From positions 109,864,001 through 109,928,000 of the forward strand of contig NC_059428.1 of assembly GCF_021028975.2 (NCBI RefSeq): DNA of 64,000 nucleotides. Reading direction: 5' to 3'. The DNA comes from Sphaerodactylus townsendi (lineage: Eukaryota). Positions within the stretch are counted from its first letter, which is position 1, and each line of letters opens with the position of its first letter. Below, in pieces: positions 1 through 13,209 of the stretch. The position numbers and the translations under genes are program-made. The notes under the pieces were generated by a model. That model saw only the letters and a list, made by a program, of their open reading frames with translations. It ran no database searches and was not told the origin of the DNA.

Positions 1-130
1 TGCAAGTCAAATGCATCTGTGGCACCACAACTCTGCTTGTTAAGAATCAGAACTCATCATACAGGCCTCAAGAATTATGAGGCAGACAATACAAATGGCT
101 GAACAAGTCATGCCAGCAATGCCTTTAGGT

Positions 131-415
131 CCGTGGTGGCGAACCTTTGGCACTCCAGATGCTATGGACTACAATTCCCATCAGCCCCTGCCAGCATGGT
201 CAATTGTAGTTCATAACATCTGGATTCCCAACTCCTACACATGAAGCCTGCTGGGTGACCTTCAGCTACTCACAGCTACTCTTCAAACTCTCTCAAGCCC
301 CACCTACCTCATAAGGTGTCTGTTGTGGACAGGGAAAGGGAAGGTGATTGTAAGTGGCTTTGAGACTGCTTAAAGATAGAGAAAAGCAGGGTAAAAAGCC
401 CAACTCTTATTCTTC
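131..415 (+). mobile_element. hAT-MITE fragment (131-~225) fused to a squamate CORE/MIR-like SINE fragment
   Basis: GGACTACAATTCCCATCAGCCCC motif, then GGGTGACCTT...CCCCACCTACCTCA...TGTAAG...CTCTT tail. Related SINE copies near 22075-22200, 24840-24965, 28745-28870 and 37870-38135. Confidence 0.6.
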
Positions 416-946
416 AGACATTAAACATGGAAACACATAGGCCAGCGGGAAAAGTTCATTCCTCCTTGGACATTCTCTAATAGGCTTAAATGTTGCAATA
501 CTTCAGCAGAAAAAATTCAAAGGTGGCCTCCAGCTAGAAGGTGTGGTTATGATACTATCTTGAGCTGAACACAGACTTGAGATGATTACCTCACTACAAA
601 AACCAATTGCTCCTGTCTGCAGGTTTCTGTATACCATTCAGAGTTATCCTATTTTGAAAATTCATCAACACTTGGGAGTGGATTGTTCACTCTTGACTGG
701 AATGCATTTTCATCTTGGAAGAGTTAAACACCAAATTATACTTCAGGAAAAAACAAGTCCCCCAAACACCAAGAAAGCAACACCAAGAAAACAACAACAA
801 AGCAACATTGTTCACATAAAATTCATTTTCACAATTTATTTTTCACAATTTATTTGCTAACTTGTTAGTCTCTCTAAATTTCTCAGAATACTATTGATTC
901 ATCAAGGCTGATTTTTTAGGAAGCATTAAAAATAGATCTTGCTTAC

Positions 947-1048
947 CTCTCCCTTCTTCCAACCTGTGTCTCCTGTTCACCCGCTGTCGTTTTTCTTCTT
1001 GACGTAACTGGAGGTGTTCTTCAATATTAACTCCAGGCACAGGGACAG
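947..1048 (-). CDS. MYCBP2: MYCBP2 exon 17 (AVPVPGVNIEEHLQLRQEEKRQRVNRRHRLEEGR)
   Basis: 102 nt, ACAG| acceptor, GAG|GTAAGC donor. Confidence 0.96.
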
Positions 1049-2121
1049 CTGTATCAGTTCAGAGGCAACAATGGTCAACACATCTACATACTGTTATAGC
1101 TCAAACAGGCGTTTACACAAAAATGCACCTGTATATGATTTCTAAAACACTTTCAAATGGAAGAACTGAACAAAAGACACTACCAGTCATTTGTCTCGAA
1201 AAGAATGTAACTGAAAATTTAAAATGTGAGGTCTTTACTATTCTCTATTGTCTGTGAAAGTCACATCTTGAGTTCTGAGTGAAAAATAAATGTAAAATTA
1301 AAATAAAAAGTAAAAATAAATAAAAATAGAGTAAAAATATTGTTTTTCTTCTAGTCACAAAGTCTGCATGACTGCTCTATCTCATACACACACAGAATTA
1401 GGAAGGCACTGGTTTGCCATAAAATCATTAATTATGTGACTATTTTATTAATAAAATTAAGTCACCATCATCAACAGCAATGTCATTGAAGCACAAAACA
1501 GACTTCTGGTGGAATGGGATTTTACTCTGATTGAGCCCACGAGTGCTCCCAGACAACACATGGCTGATAAGAGATATTCTGCTGGCTAGAGAGCAAGATT
1601 TTCTTAGCTTTTGCCTTCCCACATACTGGGGATCTTAAAATTTGGCAGGTGGACTGCAGAAGTCTGGATTCAGACCCACCAGTTCTGAAAAAAATTGAAT
1701 CAACAGTGTGAATTACTGCTCCCCTCCCCCCTTTTTCTTTGTTTTTTTCCTAATTAGTCTTTCTCTCCTTTTCTTATCTTTTCCCTTTTTAATCTTTTTT
1801 TGTTTTTTAATAACTGAAGCACAAGACTGGGCAAAATACATGAAGGAGATAAAAGGAGATTCTGAACCATATTCTTGAAAAGCAAGCAAAATTTTAAGTT
1901 TTGGCAGTTGTAAGTTGGTTTGGAGTCAATTTAATCCCCAATTAAGCCTGTGCGGAAAGTCCTCTGAGCTACTATCAGGAACTATGGTTGACAAAGAGGA
2001 CTGGTTTTAACATCAGCACCGAGCCAGCTCTAGAAAGAGCCTGATAATCAAGTTATCAGGAAACAGTGGAAGTGAAACCTTTCCCAGACGGTTTCACAGA
2101 TTCCAGTTTTCAATCACTTAC

Positions 2122-2267
2122 CTAGCAGAAGGTCCAGCGGTATCATCTCTTTCACAGCATCCAGGATTCCTCTCTGCCTTGCCTCCTGGCCGTCTAGTTC
2201 TCTAGCGCAGGCCTTGCAACACCCACACACAGCACAGCCAGACTCTCCAGAGCCACATCCACAGATT
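2122..2267 (-). CDS. MYCBP2: MYCBP2 exon 16 (ICGCGSGESGCAVCGCCKACARELDGQEARQRGILDAVKEMIPLDLLL)
   Basis: 146 nt; acceptor is poly-C followed by AAG|, donor TAG|GTAAGT. Confidence 0.96.
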
Positions 2268-3678
2268 CTTGGGGGGGGGGGGGGATTAGAAAAATATAGA
2301 TATTCACAACTCTGATTCATGGAATTTTTCTAAGGTCAGAATCATAAGCATCTTATTTCATCATAACTACATGTCAAATTTTGTGAAAAATATGTCATAC
2401 TTTCTATAGAAACCTTTCTAGAAGACCAAGGTAAAGAGGTTTCTTTCTTTTACTGTACCAGAAATCACTTCTGTCTCATGAAAGCTCATGCTGTTGGTCT
2501 TTAAGTGCCACTGGACTCCTGTTTTGTTTGCAACAATAGACTAAAATGGCCACACCACAGTATACTTATTGCAAGCTATGTATACAATTAGTAACGCCAC
2601 TCTTGACTATCTTTTCACATCCCCACCTGAAACAAATTTAGATGTTAGACACTCTCTACCCCCATCAGAATTTCAAGAACATCAGAATATAACACAAAAC
2701 CAGATTTCCTTGTAGTTTATACTGAAGCATACATGAAAGATGATTTTGAAATGTGAGTCTGTCTTCCAGTATGATCTTTTTAAAAAGAGAAATACTAAAG
2801 ATTTGACATCCACCCACAAAGCTACACTCTCCTGTATTTCATTCTCATTGTTAAGTTGTTTACAAACCATCAAGCCATAGTTATCGTTGCTTCTGAGAAG
2901 ACAAGTAATTACTTCCTCCAACAAAGGATCTTTTCCCCCAAATAGCTAAGTTTTGAAAAGTAGAAGTATTTTTTAAAAAGATTCCCTACAAGTATAAACA
3001 TCCATAAGATTCCCTGTCATGTTACCAAATAACTGAAGTGTGTTCTTGAAAAGTTTACTCCAGAAACTCACTACACACTGCCACTAAAGACCTGCCATTT
3101 TTCATCCTACCCAATGAGCACGTAAGCATTCGGTATCTACTAATCATAGGACTCTCAACCAGTGGAGCCTACATAATTCTTGGACCTTGGTCCTGATTGT
3201 GGCTCTCCGTCTATGACTTGTCCTAGGGAAAGTAATTTCTCAGATTAGGGTTTCTTTCAATCTACCTCTTACCTCAAACAAAGCTGTGAACTGAAGATAC
3301 TTGAATAAATGTAAGTTTTTCCTTTTACATTTATTTCTTGGGAAGTTTCTATAAACTGCACTCACACACATTACTGGGCTTGTCCATAATTAACTAAATT
3401 CAACATATAGATCCCACCTACCTTCCACCCGGGACCTGAAGGTACAATAGAAAGCTTCCCCAACCAGGCACTGGTCAGACCCATTTAACTATAGCAATGA
3501 TGTATCAGGAGTCTTCCAAACAATGCTTTTAAGCAATTATGGGGTATACTTTCTGCCAAGGAATGATCAAACTTGCAGGCAGCCCCACTATAGTAACTGT
3601 GACAGCACAGGTCAGCTGTATTCCATAAAAGCTTTTCTACAGTGTTTCCAAGGCAAAGTATGAATGATTTCTGCTTAC

Positions 3679-3883
3679 CCTCCAGGGACTCTGTCAGGAC
3701 GTCCACTGCTAACACAACTTGCTCCGTAACCAGTGCAGTCCCCACAAACAGTGCACACCATGCACTGCTCCAGCTTCCACTTATGCATGCCTGGTGGACA
3801 CATCATAGACTTCTCATCTTTGTCATCAAGTTCCTCTTCTAAATCTTCGTCCATTGCTGTTGCCATGTTCTCAACTCCAAAGG
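3679..3883 (-). CDS. MYCBP2: MYCBP2 exon 15 (AFGVENMATAMDEDLEEELDDKDEKSMMCPPG...DRVPGG)
   Basis: 205 nt, CCTAG| acceptor, GG|GTAAGC donor. Confidence 0.97.
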
Positions 3884-4130
3884 CTAGGAGAGAACCAGAA
3901 ACAATCCAGGCCAGATTCTATAAACCAGCACAGCGTTACGAGATTCATACAGTGGATCTAAGTTTGGAAAGCAATAAACCTGTAACTGCCTGACAGGCAG
4001 AAAATTGCTATATAAAAGTCAGGTGGCTACTTACATTGACAAAAGATCTGATGCAGAATTTGATTAATTCTGACACCACTCTATAGGCTCTTGGGGCTCT
4101 CAATAAATGGACTCATCTAGGATGAATTCA

Positions 4131-4329
4131 CCCTGACTTGGATGGCTCAGGATGACCTGATTTCATCAGATACTAGAAGCTAAGCAGGGTTAGCTCTGGG
4201 TGGGGTGGGAAACCACCAAGGAATACCAGGGTTGCTACAAAGAGGATGGCAACGGCAAACCACCTCTGTCGTCACTTGCCTTGAAAACCCTACAGGGTCA
4301 CGATAAGGCAGCTGTGACTTTACACACAC
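4131..4329 (+). mobile_element. 5S rRNA-derived SINE with Sauria/Bov-B-like 3' part
   Basis: CCTGATTTCATCAGATACTAGAAGCTAAGCAGGGT...GGGAAACCACCAAGGAATACC resembles 5S rRNA; followed by GGCAAACCACCTCT...GAAAACCC and a (CA)n tail. Confidence 0.75.
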
Positions 4330-5326
4330 AGGATGAAACTCATCTAAATATTTAAAACACTTGTATCATTGATGTTTAAAAATCTGTAACCTGCCTTTCT
4401 CGAGGAAGATTCAAGGCAGCTCACAAAAGAGTACTCCATAACAATGAACAAACGCACAACAAAATTCCTAACAGTAATACGAACTTAATCCAGCCTAAAC
4501 CCCCCATCCTGGACCACATGCTCCAATTCTCCCACCGCCTATCCAAAACCATAACTGGCAAGCACTACCAAACACAGCCTCACTCCTCTTTTAAAGATCA
4601 GCAATGAACAGTCTTTTCTTACGTCCACTGGCAGAGTATTCCTCAGCAGTGAAGCACACTCAAGAAAGCATAGGCTTGGACCAAGAAGGACTATGTCCTT
4701 GAGGGAGGGGGGATGATCATAAGCAACAGCTGACTAAGGGAATGTAAGGCTTATATAGTTCCCTTTAACAAGGTTTTAGTGTGGAAAGAAAAACTGCAGA
4801 AAAGAATGAGGCAGGAAACTGAAAAGTTTACACAAAACAGCAGGATCAGGTAGCAACTGAACTGGGGAACAGAAGACTGGGAACAGTGGCCAGCTAGGAT
4901 GTCAAATAAGAACTCATTGACACTATAATAGATGGACCATGAAAAGCTAAGGCAAGAATTTTAATAAACAGCTGAGCAATCCAGGTGCTCACCTTTACAA
5001 TGTAACAAGGGTATGAGACCAAAGTTGACCTATTTGGACTATGATATTCAAAGAAAGGGAAGAGCTACACTTAAAGCAGGAAAGACGGAAGGACATTCAG
5101 AACATTAACATCTTCAGCTCTGTGTGTGCGTGTATTTGCGTGCATGCGTATTTGCGTGCGTTCGAAAATGAGGACATGAATGGAAAAAATCCCCTATAAA
5201 AGCACAAAAAAAGTGAAATGGAAGACATGGGTGAAAGGAATGGATAAAATTGTCCTTGATAATTAAGTTCCACGAAAGGCAAGCTATAGAAATACAAAAG
5301 AAGGACTCTACCACAAAGGAACTGAC

Positions 5327-5485
5327 CTTTCCCTCCCTGGCTCATGGAACCAGTGTCTCGTCCACATTGTCCTTTGTTATTCACTCCAAATGTCCACACT
5401 TCTCCATTCTTCATTAGCACACAAGTGTGAGCTTTGCCCATGGCTACCTGAGTTGCAAAATGGCCTTTCAAATCAGTTACTAAAC
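5327..5485 (-). CDS. MYCBP2: MYCBP2 exon 14 (SLVTDLKGHFATQVAMGKAHTCVLMKNGEVWTFGVNNKGQCGRD...), RCC1 repeat
   Basis: 159 nt in ORF 5097..5561; ACAG| acceptor, AAG|GTCAGT donor. Confidence 0.97.
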
Positions 5486-5839
5486 CTGTGAGACAATACA
5501 CAAAGGAATGGTAAGCATCTGTCCAGAAATCTGGCATATTGTGATAATATATATTAAACATTTATATCCATCTAGAATTATACATCAAGCAATACAAGAA
5601 TCTGCAGAATCATTTTATCATTAAAATGATACAAAGATAAAAGGAAAGATAACAGAGATAAAAATAAGAGATAAACAAGGTCTGAGAATGCAAATACACA
5701 TGAAAGGCAGAACGCCTGGGAAATAAGTATGCTTTCACCTCGTACTTGAAGTTCAACAAGCTGGGGACCAGGAAAAATGGTGCAGGGGAGGGGTGTCACA
5801 GAACAGAGCACCCTAGAACCAGCAGTCACTAATCTTTAT

Positions 5840-6430
5840 TTCTGAAAGTGGAGACACACACTTTCCTAACTGTTTTTAACCAAGAAGCCAGGTCATGCGA
5901 TAGCAAGAGATTCTTTAGATACCATATTGTTTAGGGCTTTACAGGCACTTGAGGTTGAGCCCAAAAGCAGATAGGAAACCAGGGCACAGATCCATCAGAA
6001 TGTTCCCCGTAATTTACACCAGCAAGCAGCTTTTGTTGCAGTGTTTTTACTGACTGAAGTTTCCAAGTCCAGCAAGGACATGATAATGTAACCAACCTTG
6101 ATGCAATCAAAGCATGGACAACTGTGGGCAGATTATCCATCTCAAGGAAGGGCTGCAACTGGCAATATGTGCCATGGAGGAGAATTGCACCTCCATCTGC
6201 AGACACAAATGTAATATGTGCCCAGTAGGACAATCCAGTCTTTTAGGGGAGGAGACATACTGTCTGGCCACAGTACTAATTGAAAGCACCTCCATCTTAT
6301 CTGAACCAAGTTTCAATTTGCTGCCCTCATCCAGGCTATTAGCATCTTCAAACAACCATGTAGAACACCCACAGACTTAACTGACTTCATTGAAAAGGAA
6401 AAATAGATTTCCATGTCATCAGCATATTGA
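5840..6430 (-). mobile_element. Old L2 LINE fragment
   Basis: LKLGSDKMEVL, VVHALIASRL and KLQSVKT motifs. Confidence 0.65.
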
Positions 6431-6821
6431 TGAAACCTTCATTTTTGGTTTCCAAACAAAAAGGTAAACTGGGGTTTCTGTTACCAAGCAGAAGACAGAC
6501 CTCAAAAGCACGTAGCTACACAAACATAATCAGAGAACGACTTCATAGTGTACCACAGATGGTTAGCCTCCATTCCTCTAAGAGAGAAATTTCAAGTGGC
6601 CATTTAGGTGTAAAATAACTGCAAAGCAATTACATACCCATCCCTTCCTTGGAGGAATTATGGCAGTAAATGTAGTTCTCCCTATTCCATTTTAGCCTCA
6701 AAAGAAACCCAAAAGTTACATTAAACTGGAAGACTGATTGATTTAAGGTCAAGCAATGAACTTCATGACTGAATTAAGATTTTAAAATTAGGTCTTAGTC
6801 CAGCCATTAGATCACCTAACC

Positions 6822-7108
6822 CTGGGGTGTCAGACATGTGCAGTGGCCCCCTGAGGGGGCTTATTAGGCCTGCGAGCCAGCTGAGCAAACCCTCCCACTC
6901 ACCATGGCAGGTCAGGAGCAGGGGAGGATTGTTTCCACTGGCCTGAAGGCCTATTAAGGCCTCTCAAGGCAGCCACCTCACCCTGCTGCGGGCTCACCAA
7001 TCTGGGCACCTGCCCCTCTCCCCACACCATTCTGGGGCCAGTCAAGGTAGCTACCCCTCCCCCGCCCCCAGGGCCTGGCCCTCGTAACAAATTAGTTCAA
7101 CATCCTTG
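6822..7108. mobile_element. hAT-type MITE
   Basis: Degenerate TIRs CTGGGGTGTCAGAC / GTTCAACATCCTTG; 8-bp TSD ACCTAACC (6814-6821, 7109-7116); same family as 25967-26281. Confidence 0.85.
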
Positions 7109-7189
7109 ACCTAACCTTTATGCCAACCTTACTATCCTGATCAAATTGCCAATCCTACTTGTTTTAACACACTTCAAGTTTCAACTTAC

Positions 7190-7354
7190 TTGTGTTGTCA
7201 GAATAAATAGCATCCTTTCCAAACATGTAGAGTTCTCCATCTTTTGAAATGACTGAACTACTCCCATTATTGCATGAAGTATATACCACAATCTTTCCTT
7301 CCATTTTGATTATTTTTTTTGGCTTATACGGTTTACACTGCCGCCTGCTTTTGG
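7190..7354 (-). CDS. MYCBP2: MYCBP2 exon 13 (TKSRRQCKPYKPKKIIKMEGK...KDAIYSDNT)
   Basis: 165 nt, TTTGTAG| acceptor, A|GTAAGT donor. Confidence 0.96.
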
Positions 7355-8734
7355 CTACAAAGGAGGAAAGAGAGAAACATTACAGAGCGTGACTTTTAAC
7401 AAAAAGCTGAGTGTGTGCTAGGCAAATGTTCAGAATTATCACACTGTCAGTGGTATTTGTTTGGTAGATGTTCCACAACAACTAGACACAATGTGGGTAA
7501 TGGATACGCATTTTTCCCCTCTCATGATATCTACTATATTTTCCCATCTGTCCTTTTGCACTAAGACAAAGAAAAGAGCATGCCAATGTGGAAGTATATC
7601 AACTAATTTTCCCCTCCCCCTTTTTCAGAGTTATGCAAACATGTTCGAGGATGCACTTAAAGGTAACAAAAATCTATAACTATAAATCGCTTACATTTCT
7701 TTTAATAAGCTCAACCTCCCAAAAATATAAGACAAGCAGTATTATTTATTTAGAAACATCTGTATGCTGCTTTTCCACCAAACTTAGATCCCAAAGTGGA
7801 CATCAATCAAACTATTAAAACAGAGTTTAAAATACTAATATCTATAAACTATTTAACGCAACATAGAGAGCTGCCGGGTGCCACCTAGGTCCTTGCACCC
7901 AGCTTTTCCTGGGGCACAGCACCCAGCGGTCCTCTCCATGCCAGGGCCATATTCACCGGCTTTGGGCCTGCCGTGGGCCCGCCAGCAGCCACAGTTGCTG
8001 TTGCCTTCACAGAGAGAGCTGCCAGATTCCGGCAGCAGCAATCGCGCGGGGGCTGGGGGGGTGGGGAGCAGCTGGCTGGCTCCCCAGCTGGCTAACTTGC
8101 AGCCTGGCTTTTGTGACATGATGCCCAGCGGCTCTCTCTGTGAAGGCAGCAACATAACAAGTATAGAAAACAGAATCCACAAAAGCTGGCAAGTGCGGCC
8201 TTGGCATGGAGAGCCACTGGGCTGGCTGGCGAGCATGGGGGCCCATCCTAGGAGCCACTAAGCCTGCTGCTGCCTGGAGCCAGTTCTGTCTTTGTGGCGC
8301 CTGTGCGAGCCGCCTCCTTCAGGTAGCCTGCAGGGAGGCAGGGAAGGGGGCCCAGAGCAGGTGTTGTCCCTGGGCAGCATTTCCCCCTGATATGCCTATG
8401 TTTGAAAGAGACAGAAATGTACTTCATTGCTAACCAACTCTTCTTTTTTTTATGCAGTGGCATTATTCACACAAACTAATGCAAGTTTGTTCGTACCACT
8501 GTATTATCTAGTACTTAAATTAGTTGTACTGATATACGAAATAAGTATGTATACTGGAAAAGTTATTCACAGGAGAAGTGCATCCATGTTCCAGGACCTT
8601 AGACTGAGATATAACACAAAGGGAGAAGAGTGATAAACCCTGACACAAAGGACTGGAATAAAGTATCTTCATTTTCATTAGCATATCTCTACTGGCTATT
8701 GGAATAGGCATAAACATATTACTGCCAAACCTAC

Positions 8735-8939
8735 TTGATTCGCCATCCTCCCCTTTACTTGCAGAGCCTGTGAAAAATACACTTCCATCCTCCGCAACAA
8801 GCAAAGCATGTGAACCATCATGGCCAACGGAAAAATGAACAATCTTTGGAGATTTGGTAATTGGCAACTCTACCCATTTTCCAGCAGAAGGACCACCTTG
8901 TTTGATTCCAAGGCTCTGGTATTTTCCGGTATAATAAAT
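8735..8939 (-). CDS. MYCBP2: MYCBP2 exon 12 (IYYTGKYQSLGIKQGGPSAGKWVELPITKSPKIVHFSVGHDGSH...GEDGES), RCC1-like region
   Basis: 205 nt, TTTTCTAG| acceptor, CAA|GTAGGT donor. Confidence 0.96.
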
Positions 8940-10751
8940 CTAGAAAACAGAATCCACAAAAGCTACATGATCATCTAACACACAGTACAAGAGTCAGAGT
9001 GAAGTCATATAATTTCATTGGCGAAAAGAAAAAAAGAACTTGGCAAAAGTTGAACACTAAGAAGAACTCTATTTTAAAAAGCAGCACACCCCCCCCCCCC
9101 GCACATACACTATAGTCCATGTACCCCCCTCCCAATAGCTCTTAGGGGTCAGGACAACGCTCAGAGACAATGCTAGCCTGCAACGAGGATAGGAAATCAG
9201 CAAATATGCCCACCAATACCTTAGGTGAGCCAAACAGAAGAGCCATTCTGCTTGCAGAAGGAATTGGACCCAGCTCCACCACTTTATATGTTATTACAGG
9301 TACACACTGATTTGCTACATGATCAAGTTTTTGTTATTTGGCAAAACTAGAGGCATGCACGCAGATGCTTTCATCCTGTGAAAGTCTGTAAGTACTGAAT
9401 CACAGGGCTAAATGACACTAGTCACATGCAGCTTTTCTTTTCCTTTACAAAATGTAGTTGCAGAGGCTATCATCTGAGAAAGGTCAGGGGCTTCCTTCTG
9501 GCAATGTGTTCATTCAAAAGCCCCCAAACCCCACATTGGTTTTCTACTGCAGATCTTAGCTTCCCCAACTGCATTTTGTAAAAACAGAAAATGCAGAATA
9601 CATGATGTTAATAAACTGAGTGGCACCCTACAATTTCCTGTTCTTACAAAATCTTGGTTCAGGCTTCAGGCCCACTGTAAAATAATAAAATGGAATTCAA
9701 CTGTGCTGTGTCTGTTCAATGAACAGACCACTAACCTTTAGAAACTGACAAGAAGCCAGATTTGGGAGTAAAGTATCGTTTCTAGTTTGACTTCCTGAGC
9801 TACCAAGGTCACAGAATCTCAGCTCCACATTCCAAGCAATTAAACTGATGAAATTATTGTTGTGTCATCCTGACAAGGAAGGATTTACAGCTATGGAATA
9901 AATCCTACCTTGTTATTCCATCTTGTGCCTTGAGGTCACAGGGTTGCCTGATACCTTAGATCATCAGGCGTGGATATGATTGGTCAATGGGTCCTGGCAA
10001 TCACAAACCTTCTGCCCATAAGGATTGGCTGCTCAGTCTAGCGCTTGTGCTTCCCTGGACCTTGCTACAGATTCCTGGATTCAGTGTACTGGACCTTGAC
10101 AATTATGGTTGATGCCTAAAGCTATGGCTCCCTGACACCTTGGGATTTTGTTATGGATAGAGTGGCCACTGAAACTGAAGGATACAGCTGGAATTGAGTA
10201 ACATCTTGCTTTGAATCTTGCCATTGAACCCTATTATATTGCTGTGTAATTAGTTCTTACTGGTTTAAGTTTTATTATTTTATTCCTCACTGCTAATGTT
10301 CTTTTAATCTATATTCTTGCCCGATTTTAAATAAATTTCCTTCAATCATATTTGGAAATGTTTTGTCTTCAGGTGGCTTCAATCTAAATCCAGTCCTGGA
10401 CCGTATGGCTACACCCTACGAGGTTAACTATTTGGTGAAACTCATTCAGCAAGTGGTCTACCTTGCAGGGGTGAGTTTCTTCTTTGTACTCCTAAGAAGG
10501 TTGGAAGTTTGCCCTTTGGCTTCTGACTGTGGGATAAAAAAGGGCTGGTGATAGCTTACCAAGCTGGGGTTTGTAGACCTCGGGGTTTTAAGTATCTTGT
10601 TTGGGGCCTCTTGTTCCCTACCAGAACTTGTTCCCCACCTGGCACAAAACTCAGGATCATAGGTATCTGGGCCACATATGAAGTTATAATGTTTCTAACA
10701 AGTGCTATCATGAAGTACCCAGTAATTATACATAACCAAGATTTCCAATAC

Positions 10752-10828
10752 CTTTCCACTAGCCGTTTTCATTAGTGCAAATTCTCTTCCTGCACCAAGA
10801 ATAGCTGATTCCTCATCAAACCCTGTAC
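10752..10828 (-). CDS. MYCBP2: MYCBP2 exon 11 (STGFDEESAILGAGREFALMKTASGK)
   Basis: 77 nt, CTCAG| acceptor, AAG|GTATTG donor. Confidence 0.96.
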
Positions 10829-11358
10829 CTGAGTACAAAACCACAATTAGCCATCAATGTTTTTCAAAATATAGGTGGTATGAATTGCATGCTCTAAAGC
10901 ACCACAGTTCCCAGCTGTACATAGTTCATATCCATTCAAGCATTCAAGTAGAAACTTGAATGAAGTGCTGCATATTTTCAAGTGAATGTCACTAGCAATC
11001 ACTGCAAGACTGAAAACACTGAAGTATCAAAATGTAACAATTCTAGCCATAAGCAAACTTATATGCAATCCTCAGAACATTAAGCTATGAAAACTGGTAG
11101 ATTAAAAAGTAATCATTAATTGGCAAATAGTAACTGACATATTATTTGCAGAAAGTGGTACTACGGTCTTACACACAAGGCAAATATGACTTGTAAATGC
11201 ACTGTATTACATTGTGCAATTGTGTCTGTGTGCAACAAACCTGCCCATGACTACAACCCACATTCTCAGTCTTAAATGTTATCTTCAGATATTTCTTCAC
11301 TCTTATGGGTTTTCATGCAAAAGTTATGAAGATAAGAGTAGAAAAAGCAGTGCCTTAC

Positions 11359-11497
11359 TGATAATGTGCAAGTCTTTCTCCAGATCAAATAACGAGATAC
11401 CACATGCATGTAAACATTTTCTGGCCAGCTTCAGCTGCAGTTCTTGCTGTAGTACAGGTTTTGTACTTGTTGCAAATATTCGAACGACAAAACCATC
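11359..11497 (-). CDS. MYCBP2: MYCBP2 exon 10 (DGFVVRIFATSTKPVLQQELQLKLARKCLHACGISLFDLEKDLHII)
   Basis: 139 nt within ORF 11324..11524; GCAG| acceptor, A|GTAAGG donor. Confidence 0.96.
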
Positions 11498-13103
11498 CTG
11501 CACCAGAGAAAATATCAGTTTCAAGCACTTTAAAATTTATTGACAGGGAAAGACAAGATCATTCTATCTTTTCCAAATTACACGGAGAACCTTCTTCAGC
11601 TCTTTATAACGTGCCATTTAATAAGACACATGAAGGGTAAGGTAATTATCGACCTAAATAAGGATATGAATGCAACAAGCAAAATGACACACTGTTGAAA
11701 TGTTAGACCTACAAACCTAAAGCACTTCCATATTATTTCACATATGCTCATCTCCCTCTTGTCATTAAATATTAAACTCTCACTAGATGTAACAACTGAA
11801 ATTTATAAAACCTGCGCCCATGTTTACCTTCAATTTTATATGAAGAAAACAGCTTTAAATATTTGTATCTTAAGAAAAAGAAACAATGAAAGGATGATGA
11901 ATTTCACCAAATGGGCAGTGAGGAATTTTGTGGAAGTCAGAGGGACAGCAGAGATTTTTGGGACAGCAGGGGGCCGGAGAAGGGATTTCTGGAGGAACTA
12001 TTGTGTGAAAAGTTCTTGGGGCAAAACACTGGTGGTACAGCCCAGATCCAGCTGCAACAGCCTCTGGGAAGCAACCAGCCCTGCCCCGAGAAGCATTGCT
12101 CTGCACTGCCTCCAGATGCTACTGCTGGCTAGTGCAAGTGGGGCTGGGTTGGGAAGCAGCAGCGGGGGGGGGGGGGGGGGGGGGGGAGAGGAGGTGCCAG
12201 CCCTCATCCGTGTGAAGCAGCCCTGAAGGGTAAACAGGCGGCTGACTCTTCCTTGCAGGGAGTTGCCCAGGCCATACCCTTTTGGCAGCAGTGGCTGCAG
12301 GGCACAGACCAGCTGTTAGGGGAACCAAGATGCTCTGGTTGGGTTCCTATGGCAGCTTGAGGTTGAGGTGACTGGCAGGTTGGGCAAAAGCAGGGGGAGG
12401 TTGGCTTGGCACACACACCCCTCCTGATCCTGGCCAAGGAAGGGCTGCTGGGGTTGGTGGCCTCCTGTGTCACTCAGATCCCTAAAAAGAGGTTGGGAGC
12501 AGGTCACAATGAAACCCTCCTAATACTCTCTCACCTCGGTTGCCTCTGGCTTTGCAATTTTATTTTATTTTTAAAGAGAATGTTGGGTGGGCAAAGAGGC
12601 AGGAGCTGTCAGATGCAGAGTGTTCTGCCACGTAGGATTGGGAACCTCCAGACAGGCTTGAGAATTTGTCATGTTCGAATTCAAAATTGCGTAGTTGTGC
12701 CAGAATGTATGAACAAAGGCTAAGTTCTTGTAACCAGCTAGGCAGGGTTAAAGCTATTAATTGATTTCAGCCTGATTTTAATATTGATTTCTAAATTCAT
12801 GCAACCTCACCATGAAATCCAAAGATTATGCTTAAGTACTGGAGTAGGCAGGGTTTTGTGTGGTTTTTTGGGGAGGTGGTCAGACAGTAAAGCATGTGAG
12901 CATCTAAGGATGCCTTTCAAGCAGTTGGACTGTTAAAATCATGAACCAGATTCTGGGAGAAGAAAGAATTGTCTTTTTTAATAGTCAGCAATATATCCTT
13001 CTTCCTCTTCCCCTTCTTCTCCTATCAGAGTATCCCACCTTCCCATTTGTCCAGTACAGATAGACCAACAACCAGGAACTGCTGTAACGTAACTGTATTT
13101 AAT

Positions 13104-13209
13104 GTATTGTTGAAGGCTTTCACGGCTGGATTCAACTGGTTGTGGTGGGTTTTCCAGTCTTTGTGGCCAGACCACAGCCACACAGCCCAGAAAACCCACC
13201 ACAACCAAC
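13104..13209. mobile_element. Penelope-like element remnant with inverted structure
   Basis: GTATTGTTGAAGGCTTTCACGG start; internal inverted repeat; 14-bp TSD TAACTGTATTTAAT (13090-13103, 13210-13223). Confidence 0.75.

Noticed and set aside
4150-4240. 5S rRNA gene
   Set aside because: Too diverged and fused to a SINE tail; called as a SINE instead.
9858-10650. Possible solo LTR (TGTTGTG...CACAA, internal AATAAA)
   Set aside because: I could not identify a TSD or clean termini; left uncalled.
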